From: Ascidiella aspersa
Taxonomy: Eukaryota
Length of the DNA stretch: 64,000 nt
Reading direction: 5' to 3'
Assembly: GCA_963924565.1 (NCBI GenBank)
Contig: OZ004607.1
Span: 31,496,001-31,560,000 of the forward strand
Below the pieces are notes generated by a model. The model did no database searches and was not told the origin of the DNA. It saw only the letters and a program-made list of their open reading frames with translations. Positions within the stretch are counted from its first letter, which is position 1; each line of letters begins with the position of its first letter. This document shows positions 24,879 through 37,349 of the stretch, piece by piece. A program made the translations under genes and the position numbers.

Positions 24879-27543
24879 TTCAACGAATTTGGCGATCACT
24901 GCCAATTCCAATTCTAACCTAGTTGGTTAATTGCCTGTGTATTCTTGTTCTTTTTTATTTCCATTTTTTTATATTCGAATTCGTTCAACGGCGTTTTCTT
25001 GCTGTTCGTTACACATATTATGGTGGTTGCGGAAACTTGCCAGGGGTTAGCAACTACAAGTCGTTGCTACCAAACAGTAGCCTATCCATTTAAATTCATT
25101 ATAGTTCAAAAACTAGGAGAGTAAAAATGCCGTTATACAACATTTTTAGAAAAACCCGAATAAAAATAAAATTAGAATTAGAGCAAATTAGAATTAGCCG
25201 CATTTTGTTTAATTCTTTGAGTTATCAAATCTGGTGTAGTAGTCCATTAAAACTGCTGGCGTGTTTTAATAAGTAAATTGTTATCGTATAGAATAGATAG
25301 ATCAAAAAACGATATGAAAAATTAAAATTTTCTACACTTGAGTATGTATATTTCATTGAACAACCTAAATTGAAAACTTTTTTGCAGAACTTTCAGGCGA
25401 AAGTACAGACCCGGCGACCATATTTTGTTTTCCACCATGGCTTATGATGGTCGCGACATTTGTCTTTGCACTTTTGGTTTTATGGTCTGTCGTGATGTAA
25501 GTATGCTTTAATAACGTAACGATAAAGTCAGTGGTTGTTATAACATATTCGAAACTGGTATTTCGAGCTAATCTACGACCGTCCATCCAATATTAAATGA
25601 CTTTATTGTTTATATGACCAAAATAGAAAAACATATGCTGTATTGGACTCCAGCACCCAGTTCAAAGTAGGATTAATGCACAGTCGAAATTAAGTTTTGT
25701 TTGAAAAATACTTAAAATAGAAGAATAGCAATTTGCAAGATTTAAAATACATTCTAGAGCCAAAACAGCGGCGCCCTTACGTCTCATACCCTCTGTCTAC
25801 TCTTAACGTCATTTATATTATTGCAGTATTTTTCCCGTGAGTTTAAGTCCTATTCCGTCGTGGTTAATACTGCGTAATTGGCTTTATAATTTCATTGGTC
25901 TTTATACTACGGTTTTCATGATTCCGCTTAAGATATCCTGCCTTTGTAGGTCTTATTGTGGGTCACCGAACCTTGGGTTTTTCGCAAAATAAAATGGGTC
26001 TCATTACAACTATAAGAAGAAGGCGGTTAAGCGTTTGGCCGAAAAAAGTTGCTTGGTGTATAATTAGAGTTCACAAAAGTCATCCGTGATCACGGTAAAA
26101 AAGGTGTAATAAAAATATTTTAGGGATGTTTTATTCAAGGAAAACTCAATGTCATTGGTGAACTAGTTTATGGTTTAATTTTAGTATGGCTGTTTAACTG
26201 TCTATACGTTATGTTCATTTTAAAACAATTTACAATAAATGCGTGCGAAGGTCACGTGAACCTTGCGTTTTCGTGTTTTCGCTTTTGGATAAAGATATAT
26301 ATAGAATATATTTAAAAAAATATATATACAGGTTTTTTCAGGGAATTGCGCAAACCAAAAAAATAATTAAAAGTTGTTTTATTACTAAAACTCGATGTCC
26401 AGTCGTCTCCTAAAGCCCACATGATCAGTGTTTTACAACGATTAGTAAACATAATACCTTACATAATAATAAGTACCCCATTTCCACAAACATAATAAGT
26501 ACCCCATTTTCACTTCACCATAGTTTTTGAAAGGTGCCCAAATTAGTTTTATATCAGCTACCTTCTCATTCGACAGATACTACTACTCAGTCAGACTCAT
26601 ATGCAACAATATAGAGGCGGGCCAAAATAGAAGCGAAACCGGACCTATAAGGCAAGGGGGGCACCGGAACGTGGCAATGCGCAAGGCCGCGCGGCACCAA
26701 CGGAACCGGGAAAGTCCCCCGATTCCTCAGCGAACCATGGCCCTTCCGGGTACCTTGGCGCCGTCCGACCAGGTTCCAGTGATGCCCGTCCACACTGCGT
26801 CACAAGTGTACGATCCAGGAGAGAATGGACTTCAAAGGAGCCAAGTTCCACCCGATTTGAGATCTAAGGCCTTGGAGGTTTCTCACGTCACCGATGGCCT
26901 TGTCCTGACCAATCCCAATTCTGTAAGGCAAACCAGCTTTGGTCACTTTCAAGGAAGTTCGCGCAGAGTTAGTCCAGGACCTCACCCACTGCCAAGCTGC
27001 TACTCTAATATTCCGCCATTAACAGAAAACCTTCCCAGCAGACCATTTGCAAGCGGTTCTTTGCAAAAGCCTTTTGTCGACCGGAAAGCCAAACCAATGT
27101 ACATGACATTGCCCGTTTCTGAGTGGCCGCCGCCCTGCGGAGGAGGCAATGCAAGCTTGAAGCTAAATCCTTTGTACAGACCCTTGTCCGATTTACAGTC
27201 AGTGAAAAATAGTCCGACCTCTACTGATTCGACTTCTCCGGCCAAAGCCATTCAACTGAGACCCGATGATGAAGAGATATTGCCACGGGACCACGCGTTG
27301 GCCTAACAAAACTTTGACAAATCATATCCAAAAATTCCAATTTCAGAAAAATCGGACCCAGCCGAAGCAAATCAAGAAACATTAGAAGCAACACATTCAG
27401 TTACAGAAAAATCGGGCATAGCCAAACCAAATCGAGATACATTTAATCCAAAAAGTTCAGTTCCAGAAAAATCAGAACCAGCCAAAGCAAATCAAGATAC
27501 ATTGAATGCAAAAAATCCAAGTCCAAAAATGTCAGTCCCATGA
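24879..27543 (+). pseudogene. Orphan membrane protein gene with a Pro/Ser-rich signalling-type tail; apparently lesioned
   Basis: Exon 25388-25496 (TM ...PPWLMMVATFVFALLVLWSVV) splices in phase to 26577-27306. Related PSWLI-hydrophobic segments near 24918 (preceded by an in-frame TAA) and 25856 (frameshifted). The frame continues past TAA 27304-27306 to TGA 27543. Confidence 0.5.
27301..27540 (+). repeat. 60-bp (20-codon) degenerate tandem repeat x4
   Basis: Units start with GCC at 27301, 27361, 27421 and 27481; consensus AKANQDT..PK..V.EKS.P. Confidence 0.85.
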
Positions 27544-29995
27544 GAAAAAATCTAGAATAACTGCTAACCGAACATATGTTGTTTACGAAATTGATTAGAA
27601 TTATGTGACTTTTCTTTACTTTTTTGCCTAGATTTTTTGCTAGCTGCTATTCGGTGAATTTTTGTTTGTTGACTTACTTACATTCGGCCTTACTCTATTG
27701 TTTCGTAATTAGCTTAAAATTGCTTTTTCAATTATCTTTGGCGTGGAAAAATATCGTAAAACTGCCGAATAAACATTTTCTGTTTTTTTTCAAATTTCTT
27801 TTCAACTGCTTAAAAAGTCTCCAGCATGGAAAAAAATCGTTAAACTGCTAACGGGACATTTGCTGTTTGTGAAGTTCGTTGATGTTCTTTGTTACTCGAT
27901 TAGCTTTTTGTCAAATTAGTCAGGGAAGCGATGGCCATCACTTTTAACTTCAGGAAAATAACCACAACTCCACCACCATTTCTTATTTGGTGAATCGGTT
28001 AAATTTTTGTCTTGTTCGTTTCGTTTGTTGTTTATAGTTTTGGTTTTTCGTCCAAGTGCTGTCGTAAATGCTGCAAGCCAAACTAAAAGTTTGCCAAATG
28101 TTGAGTGTGATTTCCTATAAGGTTCTTTAATGTTCAGTGTAATTCGTTGTATTTTTTATGGTAAATAACTGAGACTGTAACTATTTTTTAGTTAAATGTC
28201 GCAAAACCAATGTTTAAAGCCCAACTGTGTGCCTGGTGTTGATTTCGTTGAAGTTGGTGTTATTCGTTTTGTTTTCTGCCTTGTGTTTCGTTTAGTTGTT
28301 GCTGTAAAAAGCCAAGACGAGAAAGTCGTATAACAAAATTTGCATTTAGTCGGGTCGGAGGTAATTGAACGTATTTTATGCAGATACGTGTTTTAAGGTA
28401 GATTATTACTATAATATGTGAAAATAATTTGTATAAAAGTTTTTGCGTATTCGTTGGTTTGATTACAAATTACCGGAAAATTTGTTACAAATTACTAGAA
28501 AATTGTTGTTTGTTAAAAGTGTAAATAGCCTTTTTTCGTTTTATTTCTGTATAAGTTATTCTGTTTGACTGACACTGGAGCAATTTTGTAAGCCCTCGAG
28601 TAGCGAAAACATACTGTAAAAAATTAAGGGACAAAAACGAAGAATTCTACTCAAAACTGTAGTTTTCTGGCTAGAAAGCTTAAACCCTCAGAAAAAAAAA
28701 ACGTATTACTCTTCAAAGTTCCGTCTTATTCGTTTTGCTATCATGTTTAAGTTCGCTTTTTTTTGCTTTTGGTCATTACCCATTAAATTCAACTTTAGAT
28801 TTTTAATGTCCCATATGTCTTACCATGATCCGGAGCAGCCAGATAATTACGTTTCTATTTTTGTTCTTATTTCGTTAATTCATGTTCTTTTTACTGTCAT
28901 TTTTCCCAATTTAAATGGCAGTACGCTGAACACATTGTTATTGGTTAGTTACGATTGTAGTTGGAATTCTTTGTTAGCTTGACTTGCAATTTCTTTTTTC
29001 TTTCTACCTTCATTCTTGCTGTTCATTCGTTTTTGTGAATAAACAAACTGAACATTATTTTTCCGTCGTCCGAACACAATGTAGCTTACATGGTTTATTA
29101 TTTAAATTTTTATTAAAAAAAACAATTTTTAAAAGGGGTTACCGTGTATAGCAGGAGTGGGCAATTACATTTTACAAGGGGGGTGCATGAGAATTAAAAA
29201 ATGTTTTGGAGGACCAGGTACAAAATTGAATCTAAAATACCATAATATAAAGTGTGTATGTTTTTTAATAAAAAAGTAAATAGCCTTTAAAACTTAAAGT
29301 TTAAAAACCTCAGTGAAACATAGGATCAGACATTTTGAGAAGTATATGTTTCGCCTAGACTAGACTGACATCGTCGGTTCCTATAAGGTTTATTCATTTT
29401 CAACATCAAATGTTCTATATTTGTGTATCTACCAGTGGTTAGCTTTTCCTTAAAAAAAACAACGCGCACCGCCTGCTGTAGACAGTTTTTTACGAGTCGT
29501 TGTTTGATAGGTTTATACCAGGGGTCGGCAACCTACGGCCCGCGGGCTGGATCCGGCCCACCGATGTAATTCATCCTGCCCGCCGTCTCTTTGACAAATT
29601 AGAGTCCATTTGACATACTTTTTGACTATTTTAACTACGTAAGTTCGAAAAATTTTCATACGTCCGGTTTGTTTACGTTTTTATGCTGTCTTTTCAACCA
29701 AATCAGCGCTTGTTTATTGTTGCGCCGTGCAAGGCTACCAAGTGCGTCTCGGAAAAATTGAAAACGTATTCAAAAATATTGCACATGTATTTTTTTTTTC
29801 ATTTTCCATTTTCGGCAATAACCTTTCAAGAAATCTAAAAGAAATGCCAATATACCCCCAAAAAAATCGCGCTCGCTTCGCTCGCCAACAGCGTCCTCAC
29901 TTAAATAGCTTAACCACACTTAGATAGATTAACTTTATATGTTATCGCGTTTTCCTCAAAACAGTCTTAATACACTTTTCATTAATAGTATGGAT

Positions 29996-31060
29996 CAGTG
30001 CTTCTTACACTTTTTTAGTTTTGTTTACCCCTAGCATATATCTCTAGATTTCATTCACCCTTGTCTCATGATATGATAAAACTATCTCGTCTATATATAA
30101 CAGCACAAAATGACTTGATTGTTTCGAATTTTGTTAAGATCAAATCAAGCTAAGTTTCACCATTGCAAATCTACAATTTCTCGAGTCCAGAAATATAAAG
30201 CTACAAAAGCACAAAACACAGTCATCAAATTTCTGTACATACACTCAGTGCAAACCAACTTCATTAATACAATAAGGAAAAAGAACACCAGTTTAGTAGT
30301 CGATTTACTGCAGAGCTATCATCCATGTCTGACGGTTCACTCTTATTCACCCCTTTTGAGTGGTTCACCCCTGCAAATTTCTTATTCACCCTGGGGTGAA
30401 CCCAGGACCGGATTAAGGTTTTCATGGACCTGGGGCTGAAGGGCATTGTGAGGCCTATTGGTCTGTTTTTATTATATTTATTGTTCCAAAAAGAATTAAC
30501 ATGAAATAAGATTTTTGATTCACTTATTAAACAGATTCATTTCACATGTGTTCTAGCTTTAGATAAAGCAAACCTGTTAAAAACATTATAGCTGTCGTGT
30601 TTTTCCAAAATCTCGAGTATAGCTCAGGAATGCAACCTACAGTATTTTGGCCATAGACGAACGCATTTGGCTCAATAGTCTTTTAAAGACTGAAAGTAAG
30701 CCTTCGCCTGAAAAATTAGTAATCATCAGACAAAGATGCATCCTTGATACAACAGATACGTTACTTTCGTCGTTAAAATGGCGTTCTTTTAGCAGTTCAG
30801 AAAAATGAATCAACTTTTCAGGCAGTGATTCTTTCAGAGTAACAACTTTTTAACCTTGTGGGCCCTCTTAAACTGCTGTACGGATCACAGTTTCGGAACC
30901 ACTGCTCTAGAATATACCTTTTTACACAAAGATAACATTGGCTAGTCCTAATAAATTGTTAGCGATGGGCCTATTTTTTGGTGGGCTTGGGGGTGCAGCC
31001 CCCTCAGCCCCCGTCTTAATCCGCCCCTGGGTGAACCATTCACCTGTTTAAGAAACACTG
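29996..31060. mobile_element. hAT MITE (CAGTGCTTCTTA...TAAGAAACACTG), nested
   Basis: TSD GTATGGAT on both sides; uninterrupted sister copy at 61954-62201. Confidence 0.92.
30403..31029. mobile_element. hAT MITE (CAGGACCGGATTAAG...CTTAATCCGCCCCTG), innermost
   Basis: TSD GGTGAACC on both sides. Confidence 0.9.
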
Positions 31061-31649
31061 GTATGGATTATGACGTGTGAACTCGAATTTTAAACCAAAC
31101 AAACGCTTTTTTGCGCTTTGCGCTTTGCGCTTTACTGCCTGTTTAAACGTAGTTAAAAACGTCTGAAAATGCAAAAAATAATCCGAGGCCCGCCTGATTC
31201 ACAGCTGTTCTAACATTTTAATAACACAATTCTTAGTTTCTAAATTCAGTTTTGTTTTAGCAATATATTCAAGATGTTTAATTTATTAAAGTATTTTCTA
31301 AACACTTTTATCTGTCGTTGGATTTATTATTTAAAACAACGTGATTACAAAAGACAATATGTTAAAGATTACATTAGGAAAAAAGGTAAACAGAATCCCT
31401 CTATCTAAAACCCAGGATAAAAATAATTGAAAGTTATACCCGTTTTATTTATGGGTGGCCATGTTCCCTTGAAGATTATGTGACTTATTTATATTTAACA
31501 CTAGACGATATACAGAAGTCTTGAAAACAATAAACCCATTTACACAGCAGAATGACTTTTTGAATATAAGATTAACAATTAGTGACAATTGGCTGGCAAT
31601 ATTTGAACATTTGAAGTTTTTATTAGAAAAAAAATAATAGAATAAAATG

Positions 31650-33458
31650 TTACAGTTTGCTTGAAAGAGACCTGATTTGCTCCACTCGTTTGTACATCAC
31701 TGCCGCACTGGTATGTATAGGCGATAAGTTCAAGTCTGGCTTTAATCCCGTCTTGGGATCAACATAATCGGCGTAGTTTATTCTCCTTAAAGTTTTAAAA
31801 CCCCGCTTTGCAGACATTTTTTGCGAAAATTTCGACACTGCCAAGGTTGCTGAATACTCGCAGCCTTTTGAAGCCGCAAGTTGATCGCGTAGAGGAATTA
31901 TCATGGAAAACAAACTTAAACCCCTGTAGTTTTCAGCCACAGCGCCCATGCTCAACCAAAGTATCTTTTCCGTGTTTAAATCCTTGAATATGTCGCCTGC
32001 AAAAAAACAGATTCAATTTTTTTCTAAGTTAGAGTAATGGTTTACCTACGTGTGCAAAAAATTTTACATCCGGTTTGTTTACGTTTAGACGTTGTGTTTT
32101 TACCTAGCTCAGCGCTTCTTTACCATTGCGCCGTGGAAGGCTGCCAAGTGCGTCGCGGACAAACGAAAAACGTAATAAAAAATATTAGAGATACATTTTT
32201 TAACATATTTTTGTTTTCGGAAAAATAAAATTTAAAAATTTAAAAGAAATTCCGGTATAAGAAATTTAAAAGAAATACCGGTATAAGAAATTTAAAAGAA
32301 ATGCCGGTAAACAAAATAAATTCGTTCCCTGCCTTAAAAAGGGTAACAAAAACTGAACTAGATTAATGAAAGACACACACTTCATTGTTGAGTTGCTGCT
32401 ACTAACAAAATGTAGCGAGCATTGGCGTATGGTTGTTTCTCGACTCGCTCCTCTATGAGCCTGCTTAGCTCAGTTGGTAGGATGCCGGTCTCGGTATGAC
32501 GGAAGGTCGTGAGTGCCTCACAGCAGGCTAGTTTTTTCTGGGCCACCCCTGTACTATTAATCGACGATTCTGCGATGGCTTTTCGGTGTATTGAACTAGT
32601 TTAACTATTAAACTTATCGCGTTTCTTTAAAGTAGTTTTATTACACTTTTTTATTGGTAGTATGGATGACGACGTGTGGACTCGAATTTTAAACCAAACA
32701 AACGCTTATACCCGATATTTTGGAGCAAAAGTACTGCGATCTAACCCAATATCGAATGACGTCATTACTATACTTTAAACAGGTAAAAATTGAAACGGTA
32801 TGAAGTACTTAGTTCGGGCTGTAAGGCCAAAATTTAGAGAGTTACGACGTTTAGTTGTCTGCAGTCACAGCTAACTTAATTTTTTTTTAATATACCTTTC
32901 AAAATAGCAATCATCGGGTTAGATCATAAATACCAGCAGAAATGCATATATCAATTTTGTATCTGATCGGCACAGATACCATCCCAGTGCCGGAGAAAAT
33001 ATAAAGGTTAACTGAAGTTAATTGGCCAGCAATTGAAGGCTAGTCATAAATAATTTTCTTAGTGTCACCCGGATATGTCTTAGCATGTTTTTGTGTAACC
33101 CACCTTCAATAAATTCCACGAAATCTACCATGACCTTCACCTTTTCGCTTAAAAACCCGATATCAGGCTCCTTTCCGTGGTTCGTCTTTGTGGCGATCGA
33201 GTTCATTTGAACAGCAACAAGTTCATTCGTTCCTTTGATGAAAACGCCCAACGAAACACCATCGTTGACCTTTGCACGAATTCGCTTTCGGTCAACAGCA
33301 ACCGCCTGATCGTTGTTAGTCCCGAAAACATCCCTCAGCGGATGCTGGTTGCTGTAGTTTTCGGCCAAAAAATCCGACACTCGATCGGAATCTTGTTCAG
33401 TGATAATTCGGACCTCGAGACCAGAAATAATCTTCGCTCGTTCGTCTTTTTTGTTCAT
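31650..33458 (-). CDS. Insect-type AANAT/Dat-like GNAT, copy B (233 aa, PTS1 -SKL)
   Basis: Exons 33458-33104 and 31996-31650; YSNQHPL, ENYRGL, AVSKFS, DYVDPKTGLKPDL.LSPIH, ends SLSSKL. Confidence 0.92.
32459..32529 (+). pseudogene. tRNA-derived sequence (elongator tRNA-Met-like pseudo-tRNA or SINE head) in the copy B intron
   Basis: Acceptor stem GCCTGCT/AGCAGGC, A-box TAGCTCAGTTGG, GAAGGTCGTGAG..CCTCAC T-arm lacking TTCGA, abnormal anticodon arm, downstream T-run. Confidence 0.7.
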
Positions 33459-33849
33459 GGTTTTAATTTGCTAAGCTTAACAGTTCCGTACAAACAATAA
33501 GAATTAAAATTGCTATAAAGTGCCCCAAAAATCAGTATTTTTGGATTTCAATTAAGCAAGGTAAGGTAAACTGTGACGCAAACTAATGACCTCAACTATA
33601 CAGCAAACTTTAAATGAGATTAAGTAAATTTAACAATGATAGTTTTATTCCTCACCTATATACCAATCTATTTGATATCACTATGGATTCTTCTAAGATG
33701 CAATTCATCAAGTTAATTTCTGTTTTTGGTAAAATTTAAAAAACACGCCTTGTTACAAAAAAAAAACACGCCTTGTTACAAAAAATGAAAAGGAATGATA
33801 TAAGGCTCGCCACATGACCATGGATTACAAAGGGAATTTTAAGATCAAT

Positions 33850-34377
33850 AAAAACAAAATGTTTTGCAATTCATATAAAACAAATATATAACATAGAAAA
33901 AAATAAAGCTACAAAACCTACAACAATAAAGATGAAACTTGGAAAATAATAAAAATGTTACAAAATAATAGCACACCAAAAAATACAATAAATAAACTAG
34001 CAGAAGAAATAGGTGAAATAAAAAACAAAATAAAATTGCAGAAATTCTCAACAACCACCTTGCAACTATTTGGACTGAAATGGCTAAGGAAATACCAAGC
34101 ACCTAAAACACATATCATAAATATCTATCTTCAACAAACACATTGCCAGAATCATTTTTCTTTTCATCAACTACAGAATTTGAAGTCAACAAATATACAA
34201 ATGAATTACATACAAAACAATCTATCGGACCACCACATGTAAACCCAATAAAATTTATCGAGCTAGCATCAAATGTTTTAACACCAATACTTACCAATCT
34301 ATATAATAATGGCATACTAAACTATAAACTTTCAAAATGGCTGAAAAATTCACACACTACACTATAATACCCAAGAT
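33850..34377 (+). mobile_element. Degraded non-LTR retrotransposon (CR1/L2-like) ORF2 fragment upstream of the RT domain
   Basis: SFFFSSTTEFEV...KQSIGP...PIKFIELASNVLTPILTNLYN...IIPK resembles the pre-RT KS.GPD.IP..LK....I..L..L.N region; A-rich strand bias. Confidence 0.7.
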
Positions 34378-34804
34378 CAAGGAGTCGAACCGTTTGACTT
34401 TTTCGGTTCAGGTTCGGTTCGGGTTCAAAGATTTTTTCGAAATCCGGTTCAGTTCCGGTTTCGTTTTCGAGCAATTTAAAAGTTCCGGTTCAGCTCCGGT
34501 TCGACCATCGTTATTTCAAAACCGGTTCATAAAGTTCCGGTTCGGATACAATATAAGTTGCGTTAAATCTCAAAATGTGGGTCGATAAATGTAGAGAATA
34601 ATCTTTGAATTGTCAGTCAAATTACTTGATGTATTAAATAACCTGCACTCATTTCTGAAATATCTATAAAAAGTTAAAAAATCAACGTTTTATTGATTTA
34701 ATATTCATATATTTTTCATAAGATTTCATACATGGCGTAACTTGGACAAAAATGACCCAAAACCGGTTCATAAAGTTCCGGTTCGGTTCCGGTTCGACTC
34801 CCTG
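34378..34804. mobile_element. hAT MITE (GGTTC-repeat family), internally deleted
   Basis: Ends CAAGGAGTCGAACC...GGTTCGACTCCCTG; highly similar to 40507-41053. Confidence 0.85.
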
Positions 34805-36538
34805 CAATAAACATGCGTTGCCGTTGATGACTTTGTGTTTGCTTATCTTATATTTCTTGTTTTCAATGTAGGCTATCATCATTACGTCTGTGGTGCGTAT
34901 AAAATGTTTTTTTTTTTACTGAACATTTGTGCAAACAGGGTGCAGAGGTGCTCTATTTACCTTACGGTCTTTCGCTGTGTCCTGGAACAAACAACTGTAA
35001 TTTTCTTGGTAAACTTTGTACTGCGTTCTGGTTGTTGCGGTTCCCAAATAATATCTGTCTATCCATTTATGCAGGGTCGGATCCAGGGTTTTATTTGGAA
35101 ATGATATAAAAATCTTTACAGAGATGACGACCTAAAGTTTCGTTAAAAACGTCATAGGCGAAACCACTTGGATCCGCATCTGACTGTATGTGTGCTAATC
35201 CTTGTTATATTCCATTTTTTGTTGGTATAACCTTTTTAAAACTATATTGGTCAGCTGAAACTGTTTTAGCGAAAAAAACGCACGTTTTGCCGTTGTAGAA
35301 ATCAAACAAGTAACATGTAAACAGGTATTGGTCTAACGTTAAAAATTAACAAGAGTTGACTACCTTTCATTTTTCATCTGACTGTCCACATGTTAACTCG
35401 AATAATAAATAAAAATGACCCACATGCAGCCGAGGTTTTAAAACTTCCAGGCAAACATGGTTAATTATCAACTAGAGGCAAACGCAAGTACTCTTCATCG
35501 TGAAATTTTCCATTAGGTCTATATATGAAACTCATAGCTCGACAGGGGCTTCTAAAGGCGGCACCTTTACCTTGATTCAAGCCTTTTGAACACATGCATG
35601 GCTTGGGTTAATATGAAATGTTTTCATTAAGCACTTTATAATTTTTTTGCACATAAAACAATTTGCTTGCTATATATCGCGCTTTTGTTTTTTTGGTTGA
35701 ATTGGTGCTCATATTCGAACCAGTTTACCAATTTAAATTAAACGTTTAATTTTTATGACAAGAATTGACGTAGAATTGGCTTGCTCTTATTAAGACTTGA
35801 CTGGGATTTGACTTGTTGTTTATTCAAAAGGACTTGGCTTGGTTATAGATTATTTTACAAGTGACCGATAATTTTAGACATCTTTAATTAACGCAACATA
35901 ATAACGTGTACCTGAATTTAAAAACCGGGTCGATGTTTTTAAGCCCGTAAAAGTCGTCATTTTTGTACCGGTAACTGAAAATCTCCTACTCTATACACAA
36001 TAACTGAAAAAAAGCACTCAGACATGTCAAACCAACCTTTCGATAATTTTGAGATGAAAAAGAAATACAAGTTATGAATGAAATCGACCAAATAATATGA
36101 AAATCCAGCAAAATGAACAAAAGCAGTTACGAACAGTACGTTGTTCGGTCTTACAAATGTTTAAAAAAACCTACACTTGATTATAGAATTAGTTGCTAGT
36201 TGTTCGATTTATCACTATTGTCACGATTTTACGCTACACTTTTAATTTCGTTTCGGAAAGTCTTCAACGCTATAGGAATACATAAAACAAAACAATACAA
36301 TGCCTAAAACTTTATTAGCGACAAAACACTGTGGTATACGTGACCATAAAAGTTTGGTAGCCTCTGTTGCTTTAACAATTTAACCATTTACTATTTATAT
36401 AATTTCAATATTGTAAACTCATTTTATAGGCCGCACGAATTGTTTCTTTTCATACAGAGCACCTTAGATACTTTTAAAATTAATCAGATTTAGGGCACAT
36501 AAAAAGTCTCAAGTAAAATATTTTTTTCATAGAAAGAG

Positions 36539-37349
36539 TTAAAGTCTACTTGAAGTGGAATTTGCAATTCCGACACGTTTGTACACCACTGCGGCCCCAG
36601 TGTGGATCTGGGACAGTTTCAAAACAGGCTTCAATCCCGTTTTCGGGTTGACAAAATCGCTGTAGTCTATCTGCCGTAAGGTAGTGAAACCGAGCTTTGC
36701 CGAGATGCGTTGTGCGAAATAGGAAACTGGTAAGCCTGCCTGACATTTGCAGCCCTTGTATGCGGCAAGCTGTTCGCGAAGCGCGCCCATCTTATAGGCA
36801 AGGCCCAGGCCCATATAGTCCTTATTCACTGCAGCCATGCTCAACCAAAGTATCCTTTCGGCTTGAAGGTCTTCTAATATGCCTTCTGCAAACAAAGGTA
36901 ACAGTTTTCCAGTCCATAGCGGTCCAACATGGTTAACCAGCCATGAAGAAAGGTTAAGTTTTAATTTTCCTTACCTTTAATATACTTGCAAAACTCCATT
37001 ACATCCTGTTCTTTATCATTTAAGACGCCGTAGTCGGGCTCTTTGCCATGGTTTGACTTTGTTGTCACCGAGTGCACTTCGGCGTAAATCAATTCGTTCG
37101 ATTCTTTGACGAAAATGCCCAACGAAGCGCCTTCACCGAATTTTGTTCGAATGCGCAAATCGTCAAATGCAATTGCACGGTCCAGTTTGACATCGAAAAT
37201 GTCCCACATCGGTTGCTGTTTGCTGTAGTTTTCAGCGAAAAATTTCAGCACCACGTCCAATGTCCTTCACGAAGAATTCGAACTTCCAAACCAGAAAGTA
37301 TGTCGGTAACGCCGTTTTTCACCAGAGCTTGCCACTGTTGAGTTGACAT
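36539..37349 (-). pseudogene. AANAT-like GNAT copy C with a 1-bp frameshift near 37261 (ends -SRL)
   Basis: The ATG 37349 frame (MSTQQW..DILSGLEVRILRE) shifts to LDVVLKFFAENYSKQQPM. Exon 1 ends at 36975 and exon 2 is 36885-36539; otherwise intact. Could be an assembly error. Confidence 0.8.

Larger units (their letters stand above)
29519..31200. mobile_element. Outer hAT-like element (CAGGGGTCGGCAACC end) hosting two nested MITEs
   Basis: Internal sequence matches the uninterrupted copy at ~32060-32705; right boundary approximate. Confidence 0.7.
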
